Assembly: GCA_964569225.1 (NCBI GenBank)
Contig: CAZMTU010000004.1
Span: forward strand, 1 to 41,581
Source: an uncultured Lachnospiraceae bacterium
GTDB lineage: Bacteria; Bacillota; Clostridia; Oscillospirales; CAG-272
Direction of reading: 5' to 3'
DNA: 41,581 nucleotides
Shown here: one piece after another, positions 1 to 9,249 of the stretch
How the letters are laid out: every line of letters starts with the position of its first letter
Numbering within the stretch: position 1 is the stretch's first letter
Notes under the pieces: generated by a model
Seen by the model: the letters and a program-made list of their open reading frames with translations, nothing else
The model's database searches: none
Told to the model about the DNA's origin: nothing
Translations under genes and position numbers: made by a program

Positions 1-29
1 GGACTATATAGACAGATATAGGGACTTAT

Positions 30-1538
30 TCAATCCAAAGGCTTCATCGTCGGGAAAAGCAAAACATCGCGAATAGAAGCACTGTCGGTCAGCAGCATAA
101 CTAACCGATCAATACCAAACCCCAGACCGCCGGTAGGCGCAAGCCCATATTCCAGCGCAATGATATAATCGTAATCTACCTGAGCGGTCGTATTGGGATC
201 CTCCGCGCGCTTTGCAGCTACCTGCCTTTCAAAACGCTCTTTCTGGTCAATCGGATCGTTCAGTTCAGAAAAAGCATTCCCGAATTCAGTAGCACAGATA
301 AAATATTCAAACCGTTCGGTAAATGCCGGATCCTCCGGCTTGCGCTTAGCAAGGGGACTGTTCTCTACCGGATAATCATAAATAATAGTAGGCTGGATAA
401 GATTTTCCTCTACATAAGCATCGAAAAACTCCGCAAGCACCGTTCCCTTTGTTGCGTCTGCCGGCACTTCCACCTGCTTTTCTTTAGCCGCCGCACGGGC
501 GTCCTCATCGCTCTGCCAATCATAATAGCACACGCCGGCGTACTTTTCTACCGCTTCCACCATTGTAAGTCGGGTCCAATTACCCATATCCAGTTCCTGC
601 CCCTGATAGGTAATGTGAGTGGATCCGCAGATTTTCTCCGCCAGCATGGTGTTCATCTCGATAACAAGCTCCATCATTCCCTTATAATCGGTGAACGCCT
701 GATATAACTCAATCGTAGTAAATTCAGGATTATGCTTCGTATCCATGCCTTCATTTCTGAAGATGCGCCCTACTTCATATACTCGATCCATACCGCCTAC
801 GATCAGCCGCTTCAAGTACAGCTCCGTCTCAATGCGCAGATACATATCCATATCCAGCGTATTGTGATGCGTCACAAAGGGACGGGCGGAAGCGCCGATC
901 TCAAAAGGCGTCAGAATGGGGGTGTCCACCTCAAGAAAACCCTTGCTGTCCAGATATGCCCGGATTTCACGCAGAATCTGGCTGCGCTTCACAAAGGCAT
1001 CCTTTACATCCGGATTAACGATCAAATCCACATAACGCTGACGGTAACGCTGATCCACATTGGTCAGTCCGTGGAATTTTTCAGGCAGGGGAAGCAAGGC
1101 TTTCGCCAATAAGATCAGCTTCTGTACATGTATCGACACCTCGCCTGTCTGAGTGGTAAATACAAAGCCTTCCACACCGATAATATCACCGATATCCCAC
1201 TTTTTAAACCCCAAATTGTATTCGTCCGTTCCGACATCATCCCGCTTAACATAAAGCTGTATTTCGCCCTGCTTATCGGAAAGATGTGCAAAAGAAGCCT
1301 TTCCCATAATCCGACGGCTCATCATCCGTCCCGCCAAACGGACGGTCTGACCCTCATACGCGGCATAATCCGCCTTGATATCCCCGCTGAAAGCAGTTAC
1401 ATCATATTTGGTCTGAACAAAAGGATCGTTGCCGGCTGCCTTCAGTCCCGCCAGCTTTTCCCGGCGAACAGCCAGTTCACTGCCGACTCCAATATTTTCT
1501 GCGGCAGCCATTTCATTATTTGTTTGATGATCTGTCAT
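30..1538 (-). CDS. lysS: Lysyl-tRNA synthetase, class II
   Basis: OB-fold N-terminus (RIMGKASF), RYRQRYVDL, motif 2 FRNEG..HNPEFT, motif 3 GLGFGIDRL; directly downstream of greA. Confidence 0.98.
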   Translation of the reverse strand: MTDHQTNNEMAAAENIGVGSELAVRREKLAGLKAAGNDPFVQTKYDVTAFSGDIKADYAAYEGQTVRLAGRMMSRRIMGKASFAHLSDKQGEIQLYVKRDDVGTDEYNLGFKKWDIGDIIGVEGFVFTTQTGEVSIHVQKLILLAKALLPLPEKFHGLTNVDQRYRQRYVDLIVNPDVKDAFVKRSQILREIRAYLDSKGFLEVDTPILTPFEIGASARPFVTHHNTLDMDMYLRIETELYLKRLIVGGMDRVYEVGRIFRNEGMDTKHNPEFTTIELYQAFTDYKGMMELVIEMNTMLAEKICGSTHITYQGQELDMGNWTRLTMVEAVEKYAGVCYYDWQSDEDARAAAKEKQVEVPADATKGTVLAEFFDAYVEENLIQPTIIYDYPVENSPLAKRKPEDPAFTERFEYFICATEFGNAFSELNDPIDQKERFERQVAAKRAEDPNTTAQVDYDYIIALEYGLAPTGGLGFGIDRLVMLLTDSASIRDVLLFPTMKPLD

Positions 1539-1602
1539 TTTCTTCTTCTCTTTAAATTATAGTTTTTTATAGTATTTAATTATAGTTCCTTATAGTACAG
1601 TC

Positions 1603-2064
1603 TTATTTACTGATATCCAGAATTTTTATATTAGCATGACCTGCAGGCGTTTCTACCGTTACCGTTTCGCCTGCTCTATGACCAAGCAGCGCTTTTCCAA
1701 TCGGGGACATATCCGATATTTTATTTTGCAAGGGTGCAGCTTCGGTAGACCCCACAATCGAATAGACCAGTTCCTCATTCCATTTTTCGTTGAACACCTT
1801 TACCTTGGACCCTACACTCACCACATCGGTCGTGATCTCAGACACCTCGATCACATTTTTCAGCATTTCCTCCAGCTCAGCAATTCGGGATTCAACCTTC
1901 GCCTGCTCCGTCTTAGCCTCATCGTATTCAGAGTTTTCGGAAAGATCTCCGAATCCAAGCGCTATACGGATCGCTTCAGTTACCTCTTTTCGTTTAACAT
2001 TTTTAAGATAACTCAGTTCATCGAGCAGCTTCTGTTTGCCTTCTTTGGTTACGGTAATTGCCAT
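1603..2064 (-). CDS. greA: Transcription elongation factor GreA
   Basis: [13 protein letters not shown] and [13 protein letters not shown] motifs; AAGGAG RBS. Confidence 0.97.
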   Translation of the reverse strand: MAITVTKEGKQKLLDELSYLKNVKRKEVTEAIRIALGFGDLSENSEYDEAKTEQAKVESRIAELEEMLKNVIEVSEITTDVVSVGSKVKVFNEKWNEELVYSIVGSTEAAPLQNKISDMSPIGKALLGHRAGETVTVETPAGHANIKILDISK

Positions 2065-2111
2065 AGTGATAATCTCCTTATTGAATGTAAAAATAATTTA
2101 TTGGGAAACGG

Positions 2112-3335
2112 TCAGCTTTGTTTCAGCAGCTGTAAAGCCGCTTTTAGCTGATCGTCATTCTCCTCTGTCAGTTTAAATAGATTCAGCGACGCCGCTTCTT
2201 CGCTAAGCGATACTGTCAGGTCAGGGGTAATGCCTATACCTTCATAATTTTCGCCAATCGGCGGATTATACATCCGGATGGTAATAGTCACAGCCCCTCC
2301 GTTCGGCAGCTGAAAAAGCCGCTGCATGCAGCCCTTCCCGTAGGAAGTGACGCCTATAATTTTTGCGGCATCGTAATCCCTCAGGCAGGAAGTAAACAAT
2401 TCGGCTGCACTGGCTGTATTTCCGTTAATCAACACTGCCATAGGACAATCCAACACATGCTCGTCTGCAGTGCTGCGGGTAGTTTCTTCTCCGTTGGCAT
2501 CCACAATCCGGATAAGCAGACTGTCTTTTGGCAGAATATAACCCAGCACCGACAATACGCTTTCCAGTTCACCGCCGGGGTTATCCCGAAGATCAAATAC
2601 AAAACGCTCAGATCCCTGATTTTGAAGCTGTTCTACCGCCGCGCTGAACTGTCCCGGCGTAGTATCGTCAAACTGAAGGATGCGAATAATACCGGTCATT
2701 CCGTCAGAGGCCATCGAACCAATCACTGACAGTGAAGTAACCGGCGCGCGGACGACTGTCAATTCCAATATCTGTTCTTCCCTTTGAAGCCGAAGGCTGA
2801 CCGATGTACCTTCCTCTCCTCGGATAGTGTCCGCCACCGCCAAATACCCAGCCTCCGCGACTGTATTGCCATCCACCGCTACTATCAAATCACCTGCCGA
2901 AATACCTGCCTTTTCTGCGGGCGAATCGGGCATCACCAGTATGACCTCCATCGCCTGCGCAGCTTCATCATAAATCACCTGTATGCCAATCCCTACAAAG
3001 CTGCCGGTCATAGAGGTCATATATTCCCGATAAGCTTCCGGATTCATGTATCGGGCATATTTGTCGCCGGTAGAAGCTACATACGCTGCAATCAGTGAAT
3101 CGGTCGCGCCATCCTCATCGAATTCCCCGACTTCTCCTATATAATAGGTTTCAAACAGTTCCTTTACATAAGCATAGGTCTGATTGTCTACCCCGCCGGA
3201 GCGATATGCTTCGGAAATCTGGGTTTTGTAATAAACCTTCATCGGGATATAGGTTGCCATAACCGTCACGGCAGCCGTTATAATAATAGCAGGCAAAAGC
3301 CAGTACCACGCTATTTTTTTACGGATAAACGACAT
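2112..3335 (-). CDS. S41A C-terminal processing protease (CtpA/CtpB-like) with PDZ domain and N-terminal membrane anchor
   Basis: GIGI PDZ loop, DLRDNPGG, TASAAELF (catalytic Ser), TSYGKG (catalytic Lys). Confidence 0.93.
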   Translation of the reverse strand: MSFIRKKIAWYWLLPAIIITAAVTVMATYIPMKVYYKTQISEAYRSGGVDNQTYAYVKELFETYYIGEVGEFDEDGATDSLIAAYVASTGDKYARYMNPEAYREYMTSMTGSFVGIGIQVIYDEAAQAMEVILVMPDSPAEKAGISAGDLIVAVDGNTVAEAGYLAVADTIRGEEGTSVSLRLQREEQILELTVVRAPVTSLSVIGSMASDGMTGIIRILQFDDTTPGQFSAAVEQLQNQGSERFVFDLRDNPGGELESVLSVLGYILPKDSLLIRIVDANGEETTRSTADEHVLDCPMAVLINGNTASAAELFTSCLRDYDAAKIIGVTSYGKGCMQRLFQLPNGGAVTITIRMYNPPIGENYEGIGITPDLTVSLSEEAASLNLFKLTEENDDQLKAALQLLKQS

Positions 3336-3362
3336 GAGTCTGTCTTCCTTCTACAAAAAAAT

Positions 3363-4865
3363 TCAATTTCCGGCGGGCATTCTGAGCAATCCGGCCGGAT
3401 CCACCGCTTTGGAGTCGATATGTATCTCAAAGTGACAGCAGTTTCCGGTAGCATTACCGGTGCTGCCCGCTTTAGCGATCACTTCGCCCTGCAATACATA
3501 TTCGCCTACCTCTACCAAATTCTTGGTATTGTGCGCATAACGCGTTTGGGTGCCGTCTTCGTGTTGAACGGTAATATAGTACCCGTAGCCGCTTTGATAG
3601 GCTGCGGCGATTACCGTTCCCGACTTTGCCGCATAAATATCGTCGCCATAATGAATCCCGATATCGATTCCCTGATGATTACTGGTAATATATTTACTGC
3701 CGTTCCAGTAGGTGCGGTAACCGAATTTGCTGGTATAATAGGTCAGCGAATAATAATCCATAGAAACCGGCCAAATATATTCTTCGCCATCCTCAAAATA
3801 TTCCGAACCCCTTTGAATCTCGCCATTTTCCATTTTTTCCTGTATGGAATCAGCAAGCACATGCAGCTTGTACTCTTTTTCTTTAAAGAAATCAGTTTCA
3901 CCGATTTCTTCTAATCTTTGATAGTAATCCTTTACCGCTTGGTCGATCACGCCGTTTACAATTTGAGTACTGGCTTCGACCTGCTGAATATAATAACTGT
4001 ATGAATTATTGTCATTTTCCAGCGATTCCAAATAATAGACGCTTTCGGAAATTTTATTGTTCAGCAGAATCCGACGTGCTTCCAATTCATTCGCCACAGA
4101 CTGTTTTTCAGCCTGATAAGCTTCCAAAACGGCCTTTTCAGCAACCAGCCGTCCTTTTTCCGTTTCCAACTCATCCATTAACGCTTTATCTCTGGAAAGA
4201 AGATCGCTTGCCCGTTCCATACTGGTCAACAAATCAATAAACGAATCGGAATAAAAGAAAATTTCCAGTATACTGGGCGTTCCCTCTTCATAGGCTTGCC
4301 TTAAACGCTCCGAAAAAATCGCATATTTTGCGTCATACTGCACCTGTTTTTCGGCAATTTCAGCTTCCTTCGCCGCCAGAAGCAGATCATACTCGGCCAA
4401 AATATCATCAAAATAGGCCATTTCATCATTCAGCGCTAAAAGCTGTTCGTCCATCAGTCTCTTATTTTCCAGCACTGCTTCGATTTCCTTGTAATTCTCC
4501 TCAAGTTTTTGCTGAAGCGCCGCCTGTAAATCGTCATATTCAGTCAGTTTTTCCCGCAGCAAACTTATCTCTGCCTGTATTTCCTCAATTGTTAATCCGC
4601 TTCCGTCATAATCAGGAACCTCAAGCATATCCGGATCAGCAGCCGTTTCGGAAGGAGAGGCTTCGGCATTATCAGCCGCGCTGTCTAACCCGTCGCTTAC
4701 GGCCTCCGGCTCGTCCATTGGCGCATTCACATCTGTGGCAAACGCCCGCAGCAGTCCAAAAGGGGCTGCACATATTCCAAGCAGACAGATCAGCGCCGCC
4801 AGCAGAATCACCAGCCTGCCGGCAGAAAAGGATTTGCCTGTCGAGGCATAAGAGTATCTATACAT
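3363..4865 (-). CDS. Secreted coiled-coil protein with C-terminal M23/LytM domain (EnvC-like FtsEX partner)
   Basis: Signal peptide, long heptad region, HQGID, GYGYYI, YAHN, GSTGNATGNCCHFEI; follows ftsX. Start uncertain (ATG 4865 or TTG 4874). Confidence 0.88.
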   Translation of the reverse strand: MYRYSYASTGKSFSAGRLVILLAALICLLGICAAPFGLLRAFATDVNAPMDEPEAVSDGLDSAADNAEASPSETAADPDMLEVPDYDGSGLTIEEIQAEISLLREKLTEYDDLQAALQQKLEENYKEIEAVLENKRLMDEQLLALNDEMAYFDDILAEYDLLLAAKEAEIAEKQVQYDAKYAIFSERLRQAYEEGTPSILEIFFYSDSFIDLLTSMERASDLLSRDKALMDELETEKGRLVAEKAVLEAYQAEKQSVANELEARRILLNNKISESVYYLESLENDNNSYSYYIQQVEASTQIVNGVIDQAVKDYYQRLEEIGETDFFKEKEYKLHVLADSIQEKMENGEIQRGSEYFEDGEEYIWPVSMDYYSLTYYTSKFGYRTYWNGSKYITSNHQGIDIGIHYGDDIYAAKSGTVIAAAYQSGYGYYITVQHEDGTQTRYAHNTKNLVEVGEYVLQGEVIAKAGSTGNATGNCCHFEIHIDSKAVDPAGLLRMPAGN

Positions 4866-4925
4866 TATATTCAAACCTTTCGTAAGATATACGCCTGATC
4901 AAACAGCATAGACGATATACAGCAT

Positions 4926-5873
4926 TCAGGATTTTTCCTTCAAATAGCGACCGACCGAAATCATGCTCCCGATAGCGCCCGCGAAAAGTCCGATGAACAG
5001 GAAGCCTGCCAGCAAGTAGTACCATACATCGGCAAAAGCGACCACCGTAAACATCCGATAGCCGGTAGTAATAATCCGGCTGATCCGATCATATAAAAAC
5101 CAATCCAAAAAGAACGCTAAAACGGCTGCAAAACCGCCTAAAACAAGCCCTTCACAGATAAACGGAGCCGTAATGAAGGAATTTGTAGCGCCTACATAAC
5201 GCATAACCGAGATCTCTTTTCGTCTGGAAAATACCCCTAACCGTATCGTATTGATTATAATAAAGATACTCACCACAAAAAGCACCAGCAGAAAGCCTAC
5301 CGATACATGGGTAATGCCTCTTTTCAGATTATTCATAGTCCGCGCTACATCGGCATGGGAAGTTACCGTATCAATAGGGTACACAGTCACCGGGCTGCCG
5401 TCCTCCGCACTGCGGATGATCGCCAGATTATAAAGCTTGTATTCTAAATCATCCAGTGAAATCCCGGGCTGATAGGTAATAACAAAAGACGCCCGATAGG
5501 GGTTTTCTCCCTCCTGAATGGCCTCAAAAAGCAGCGGATATTCTCTGAATTTTTCCATTTCGGAAATTAACGCGTCCTCTTTGGAAATATATTCGGCGTC
5601 ATTTACCAAGCCTTCATCGCGCAGCGCCAAAATCCCGGAGCGAATCTGCTCAATTTCCTGATCAGAGCAGTCCTTCTGTAAAAAAACCGCAACCTCATTG
5701 AGCAGCGTCATATTCGCCAAATTATCATTAATATTTACAATAAGTAATCCGAAGGTACCCAGCACCAGCAGACAGCTCGCCAGCACCAGCACCGATGCAA
5801 TGCTCATAACACTATTGCGAAAAATGCCTTTCAGGCTCTGGGTAAAGGTATAGGAAATACTAATTTTTTTCAT
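4926..5873 (-). CDS. ftsX: Cell division permease FtsX
   Basis: Four TM segments with a large extracellular loop; IINTIRL..FSRRKEISVMRYVGAT. Confidence 0.95.
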   Translation of the reverse strand: MKKISISYTFTQSLKGIFRNSVMSIASVLVLASCLLVLGTFGLLIVNINDNLANMTLLNEVAVFLQKDCSDQEIEQIRSGILALRDEGLVNDAEYISKEDALISEMEKFREYPLLFEAIQEGENPYRASFVITYQPGISLDDLEYKLYNLAIIRSAEDGSPVTVYPIDTVTSHADVARTMNNLKRGITHVSVGFLLVLFVVSIFIIINTIRLGVFSRRKEISVMRYVGATNSFITAPFICEGLVLGGFAAVLAFFLDWFLYDRISRIITTGYRMFTVVAFADVWYYLLAGFLFIGLFAGAIGSMISVGRYLKEKS

Positions 5874-6724
5874 GATTTAAGTTCCTGTTTATCTGCTTTC
5901 GCCGGAGCAGCTATTTCGGAAACTGCAGAGAGTTCAACTTCAGCCTCTGATTCCGCTTCCGGACCTCCGAGCGCGTCCGACTCGTCACCAGCCGAATCCG
6001 ATTCGGAGCTTTGATCCAAAGCAGGCGTAAGCGATTCCTGAGCTTCTAAAAACATCCGACCAACTCTATCTTCCGCGATCCTGCCGTCCCGAATAGTCAC
6101 CACCCGCTGTCTGAACAAATCCACCAATTCTTTTTCATGAGTGACAACGATAACTGTTTTTTGATACCGTGTCTGGATGCGGATCAGCATCTCCATAATG
6201 TCATGACTCAGCCTTGGATCTACATTGCCAGTAGGCTCATCAGCAATAATAATCCCCGGACCGTTGGCAAGCGCTCTCGCCAGCGCCACCCGCTGCTGCT
6301 CGCCGCCTGACAGCTCGGAAGGATAACATTTTGCTTTTTCGGACAGATCCACAATTTTCAGGGCGGCATTGACCTTTAATTTAACCGTTGCCGAATGTTC
6401 GCCGATCACCCGTAAGGCAAAAGCGACATTCTCATACACATTTTTATCAGGGAAAAGCCGGAAATCCTGAAAGACCACTCCCAATTTTCTCCGATAATAG
6501 GGAATTTTTTTCTTTTTAAGCGATGACAGTTCACAACCGTCTACCGTAATAGTACCCGAAGTAACCTCTTCCTCCCGCAGCAGCAGCTTCAAAAGGGTGG
6601 ATTTTCCGGCGCCTGATTCTCCTACGATGAATACAAATTCACCGCTTTCGATCTTTAAATTCACATCCGAGAGCGCAACTGTTCCGTTCGGATATGTTTT
6701 TGTAACATTTTTCAGTTCGATCAT
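5870..6724 (-). CDS. ftsE: Cell division ATPase FtsE with acidic C-terminal extension
   Basis: GESGAGKST, VVFQDFRL, LSGGEQQRV, IADEPTGN; 4-nt overlap with ftsX; ATG 6724 follows GGAG. Confidence 0.95.
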   Translation of the reverse strand: MIELKNVTKTYPNGTVALSDVNLKIESGEFVFIVGESGAGKSTLLKLLLREEEVTSGTITVDGCELSSLKKKKIPYYRRKLGVVFQDFRLFPDKNVYENVAFALRVIGEHSATVKLKVNAALKIVDLSEKAKCYPSELSGGEQQRVALARALANGPGIIIADEPTGNVDPRLSHDIMEMLIRIQTRYQKTVIVVTHEKELVDLFRQRVVTIRDGRIAEDRVGRMFLEAQESLTPALDQSSESDSAGDESDALGGPEAESEAEVELSAVSEIAAPAKADKQELKS

Positions 6725-6798
6725 AGCATCTCCGACTGACAAAACAAAGCTTGCACATAAACCGAGCGGATATGCACAAGCTGTTGTTTTTGATAGGT

Positions 6799-7890
6799 TT
6801 AATACTTGACAGGCTTGGAGGAAAGGTATTTTTTCACCATCAACGCCACTTTGAAGGTAATCGCATGTTCAAATTCCCTCAGATCCAGCCCGGTCAGCTT
6901 GCGAATTTTTTCAAGACGGTACACCAGTGTATTCCGGTGTACAAACAGCTTCCGGGAAGTCTCGGACACATTCAGATTGTTTTCAAAGAACGCCTGAATC
7001 GTGATCAGCGTTTCTCTGTCTAACGACTCCAGCGGTCCCTTCTTGAATACTTCCTGAAGAAACATTTCGCAGAGAGAGGTAGGAAGCTGATAAATCAAAC
7101 GCCCGATACCCAAATTATCATAACTGATGATATCTTTTTCGGTGTCAAATACCTTGCCCACTTCCAGCGCAACCTGTGCTTCCTTATAGGAACGGGAAAG
7201 ATCCTTAATATTGTCCACTACAGTACCGATGCCAATGGAAACCTTGGTAAAAAATTCGGTAGAGATAGTATCCGCGATAGAACGCGCCATCTTTTCGATA
7301 TCTCTCATATCGTAGTTGGGCTTAATCTCCTTCACCAATACGCTGTCCCGCTCGCCCACGCTAATCACATAATCCTTGTTCTTTCCGGGAAACATATTCT
7401 GAAGAATATCATAAGGCACAACATCGTTCTTTCCGTTAAATTTAATTAGAAAGACTACGCGGGACACATCGTTAGCAAAATGCAGTTCTTTAGACTTTAT
7501 GTAGATATCACTGGGCAGAATGTTATCCAAAATAATGTTTTTAATAAAAGAAGATTTGTCATGCTTTTCATCATAGAGAACCTTGATATTGCCTAATGAA
7601 ATTGCCAGCAGCATCGAAAGCTTCTCAGCATGCTTGTCCTCTCCCTCCACGAAAACAATATACTCGCTTTTGGCGGTGGCGGTGCTGAGTACCCTATAGG
7701 TATATCCGCCCAGCGTAGTCACATCAGAGGTATAGGACAACTCATCCCGAATTCCCTGACGAATCTCCCCGATCTTCACCAGTTCGCTGCAGGAAATCAC
7801 CACACCTGTTTCATCGATCACGCCGATAATCCGATCGACCGCATCCTTCATTTGGTAAATAATCCCCTGAAATAAACGATTCGACATCAT
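6799..7890 (-). CDS. CdaR/PucR-family transcriptional regulator
   Basis: N-terminal sugar-diacid-type sensing region, GGDEF-like middle, C-terminal HTH NLNVSETSRKLFVHRNTLVYRLEKI. Confidence 0.9.
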   Translation of the reverse strand: MMSNRLFQGIIYQMKDAVDRIIGVIDETGVVISCSELVKIGEIRQGIRDELSYTSDVTTLGGYTYRVLSTATAKSEYIVFVEGEDKHAEKLSMLLAISLGNIKVLYDEKHDKSSFIKNIILDNILPSDIYIKSKELHFANDVSRVVFLIKFNGKNDVVPYDILQNMFPGKNKDYVISVGERDSVLVKEIKPNYDMRDIEKMARSIADTISTEFFTKVSIGIGTVVDNIKDLSRSYKEAQVALEVGKVFDTEKDIISYDNLGIGRLIYQLPTSLCEMFLQEVFKKGPLESLDRETLITIQAFFENNLNVSETSRKLFVHRNTLVYRLEKIRKLTGLDLREFEHAITFKVALMVKKYLSSKPVKY

Positions 7891-7933
7891 GTGTCTCCTT
7901 TCAAATCCTTCAGACTTGTGTAATACAGCTATT

Positions 7934-7962
7934 ATTCTACACTATTTTTTGTAGAATTTCAA
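7934..7962 (-). promoter_or_regulatory. SigA-type promoter of the CdaR-ftsEX block with overlapping inverted repeat
   Basis: TTGAAA-N17-TAGAAT; inverted repeat ATTCTACA-N8-TGTAGAAT at 7934-7957. Confidence 0.6.
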
Positions 7963-8052
7963 TAGCGAATTTCCCGTTTTTGATAAAAAATCTAATTTTT
8001 TTTTGAAAAATTTGATAAATTCGGCACGTTTCTGTTAAAAAAATAACAAATT

Positions 8053-8814
8053 TTAAATTTCATACACATAACAAAGAGACGAAAGCACAAATGACGAAGC
8101 GGTTTCGGTTCGCAGGATTCGTCTGCCCAACCCAGCGGGCAAAATTCCAAGCCGAGCCGCCAGTTCTATTTCCGTCGGTTCAAAACCGCCTTCCGGTCCT
8201 ATAAAGAAGGAAACCTGCTTGGGCGGCGCGGGTGGCAGCAAGGTTTTCAGCGTCTGGTTTTCTTCACCTTCATAACAAATCAATGCCACCCTGCTTTCAT
8301 CCCAGACAGTTTGAGTAGCCCGCTTTGCCGCATCGGAAAAATTCATAGGCCAATGCACTTTGGGCAGGACGCCCCGCCCGCTCTGCCCTGCCGCTTCATC
8401 GGCAATTTTCTGCCAACGCAATATTTTCTTTTCGGCGGCTTCCGGACTGATCTTGGCCACACAGCGAAGCGTTTCCACCGGTACGATCTCAGAAACACCC
8501 AACTCTACCGCCTTTTGGATCACTGTATCCATTTTATCCCCCTTTACAATCGCTTGGTAAAGCACTGATGCCACAGGGGATTCACTGCGGCTGGGATATT
8601 CTCGGTCGATCTGAACCGTCACAGCTTGTGAGGTAATAGCGGTAATAGCAGCATCATACTCCATTCCTTCTCCATCGCAAAGCAGCAGCCGGTCGCCTGT
8701 TTTCATGCGTAGAGACAGTGAAATATGGCGGGCATTCTCTCCGCCGATCTCTACAGGAGCACTTTGGGCGGCAGCCGACCTAAGCAGTTCAGGCGACAGA
8801 AAAAAACGGGGCAT
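8053..8814 (-). CDS. rsmE: 16S rRNA m3U1498 methyltransferase
   Basis: H...SLRM, KGDKMD..QKAVELG, EAAGQSGR, IGPEGGF, LGRRILRTETA. Confidence 0.96.
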   Translation of the reverse strand: MPRFFLSPELLRSAAAQSAPVEIGGENARHISLSLRMKTGDRLLLCDGEGMEYDAAITAITSQAVTVQIDREYPSRSESPVASVLYQAIVKGDKMDTVIQKAVELGVSEIVPVETLRCVAKISPEAAEKKILRWQKIADEAAGQSGRGVLPKVHWPMNFSDAAKRATQTVWDESRVALICYEGEENQTLKTLLPPAPPKQVSFFIGPEGGFEPTEIELAARLGILPAGLGRRILRTETASSFVLSSLCYVYEI

Positions 8815-8857
8815 GACAGATTTCCTTTCAGCAAATTTTATTAAAATAATCTTTTTT

Positions 8858-8887
8858 ATTATACACTATCGCCAATCAATTTGTCAA
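8858..8887 (-). promoter_or_regulatory. SigA promoter of rsmE
   Basis: TTGACA-N18-TATAAT. Confidence 0.75.
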
Positions 8888-8916
8888 GCCGATTTCGCCT
8901 TCTCGATAAAAACCGC

Positions 8917-8954
8917 TAAAATAAAGTTATCCCCGCATTCAAATGCGGGAATAA
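8917..8954 (-). terminator. Intrinsic terminator
   Basis: Minus strand TTATTCCCGCAT-TTGA-ATGCGGGGATAA then CTTTATTTT; fully paired (G-U) only on the minus strand. Confidence 0.7.
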
Positions 8955-9180
8955 TTCTTTTTGCCGCTCGCAGGACAGCGTTAAATCAAAAGAGATTCGT
9001 CCTAAAAATCAGACAACCGTTTTTAGGGTATAATTTCTTGCGTAAATATGATATTCATTTACTTGCTTTCTTCAAAAAGCATAACGCTATTCAACAGCTC
9101 GTGCATTTTCTAAATATATTTTTAAAGAGTAAATCCGCATATGCTTTGCTTTCCTAATCACTCTCGAATGTATTAAATTT
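8917..9180 (-). ncRNA. Putative small RNA or small-ORF transcript (~260 nt)
   Basis: Bounded by TTGCTT-N17-TATATT (9214-9186) and the terminator at 8917-8954; internal stems; only a 17-aa ORF (9140-9087) noted. Confidence 0.35.
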
Positions 9181-9212
9181 CTACGAATATAAACGGAAGA
9201 ACCGAGTAAAGC

Positions 9213-9240
9213 AACCTCCCCAAGCTTACTCGGGGAGGTT
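9213..9240 (-). terminator. Terminator hairpin after spoIVB
   Basis: AACCTCCCCGAG-TAAG-CTTGGGGAGGTT about 10 nt after the stop; short U tract. Confidence 0.65.
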
Positions 9241-9249
9241 GAAGATAGG

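Noticed and set aside
9137-9145. CGCATATGC shared by the two orphan transcription units (also at 31910-31918)
   Set aside because: Only 9 bp with no flanking similarity; insufficient to claim a common family
8705-9157. 150-aa plus-strand ORF overlapping the rsmE start
   Set aside because: Overlaps rsmE and its promoter, atypical composition, no RBS
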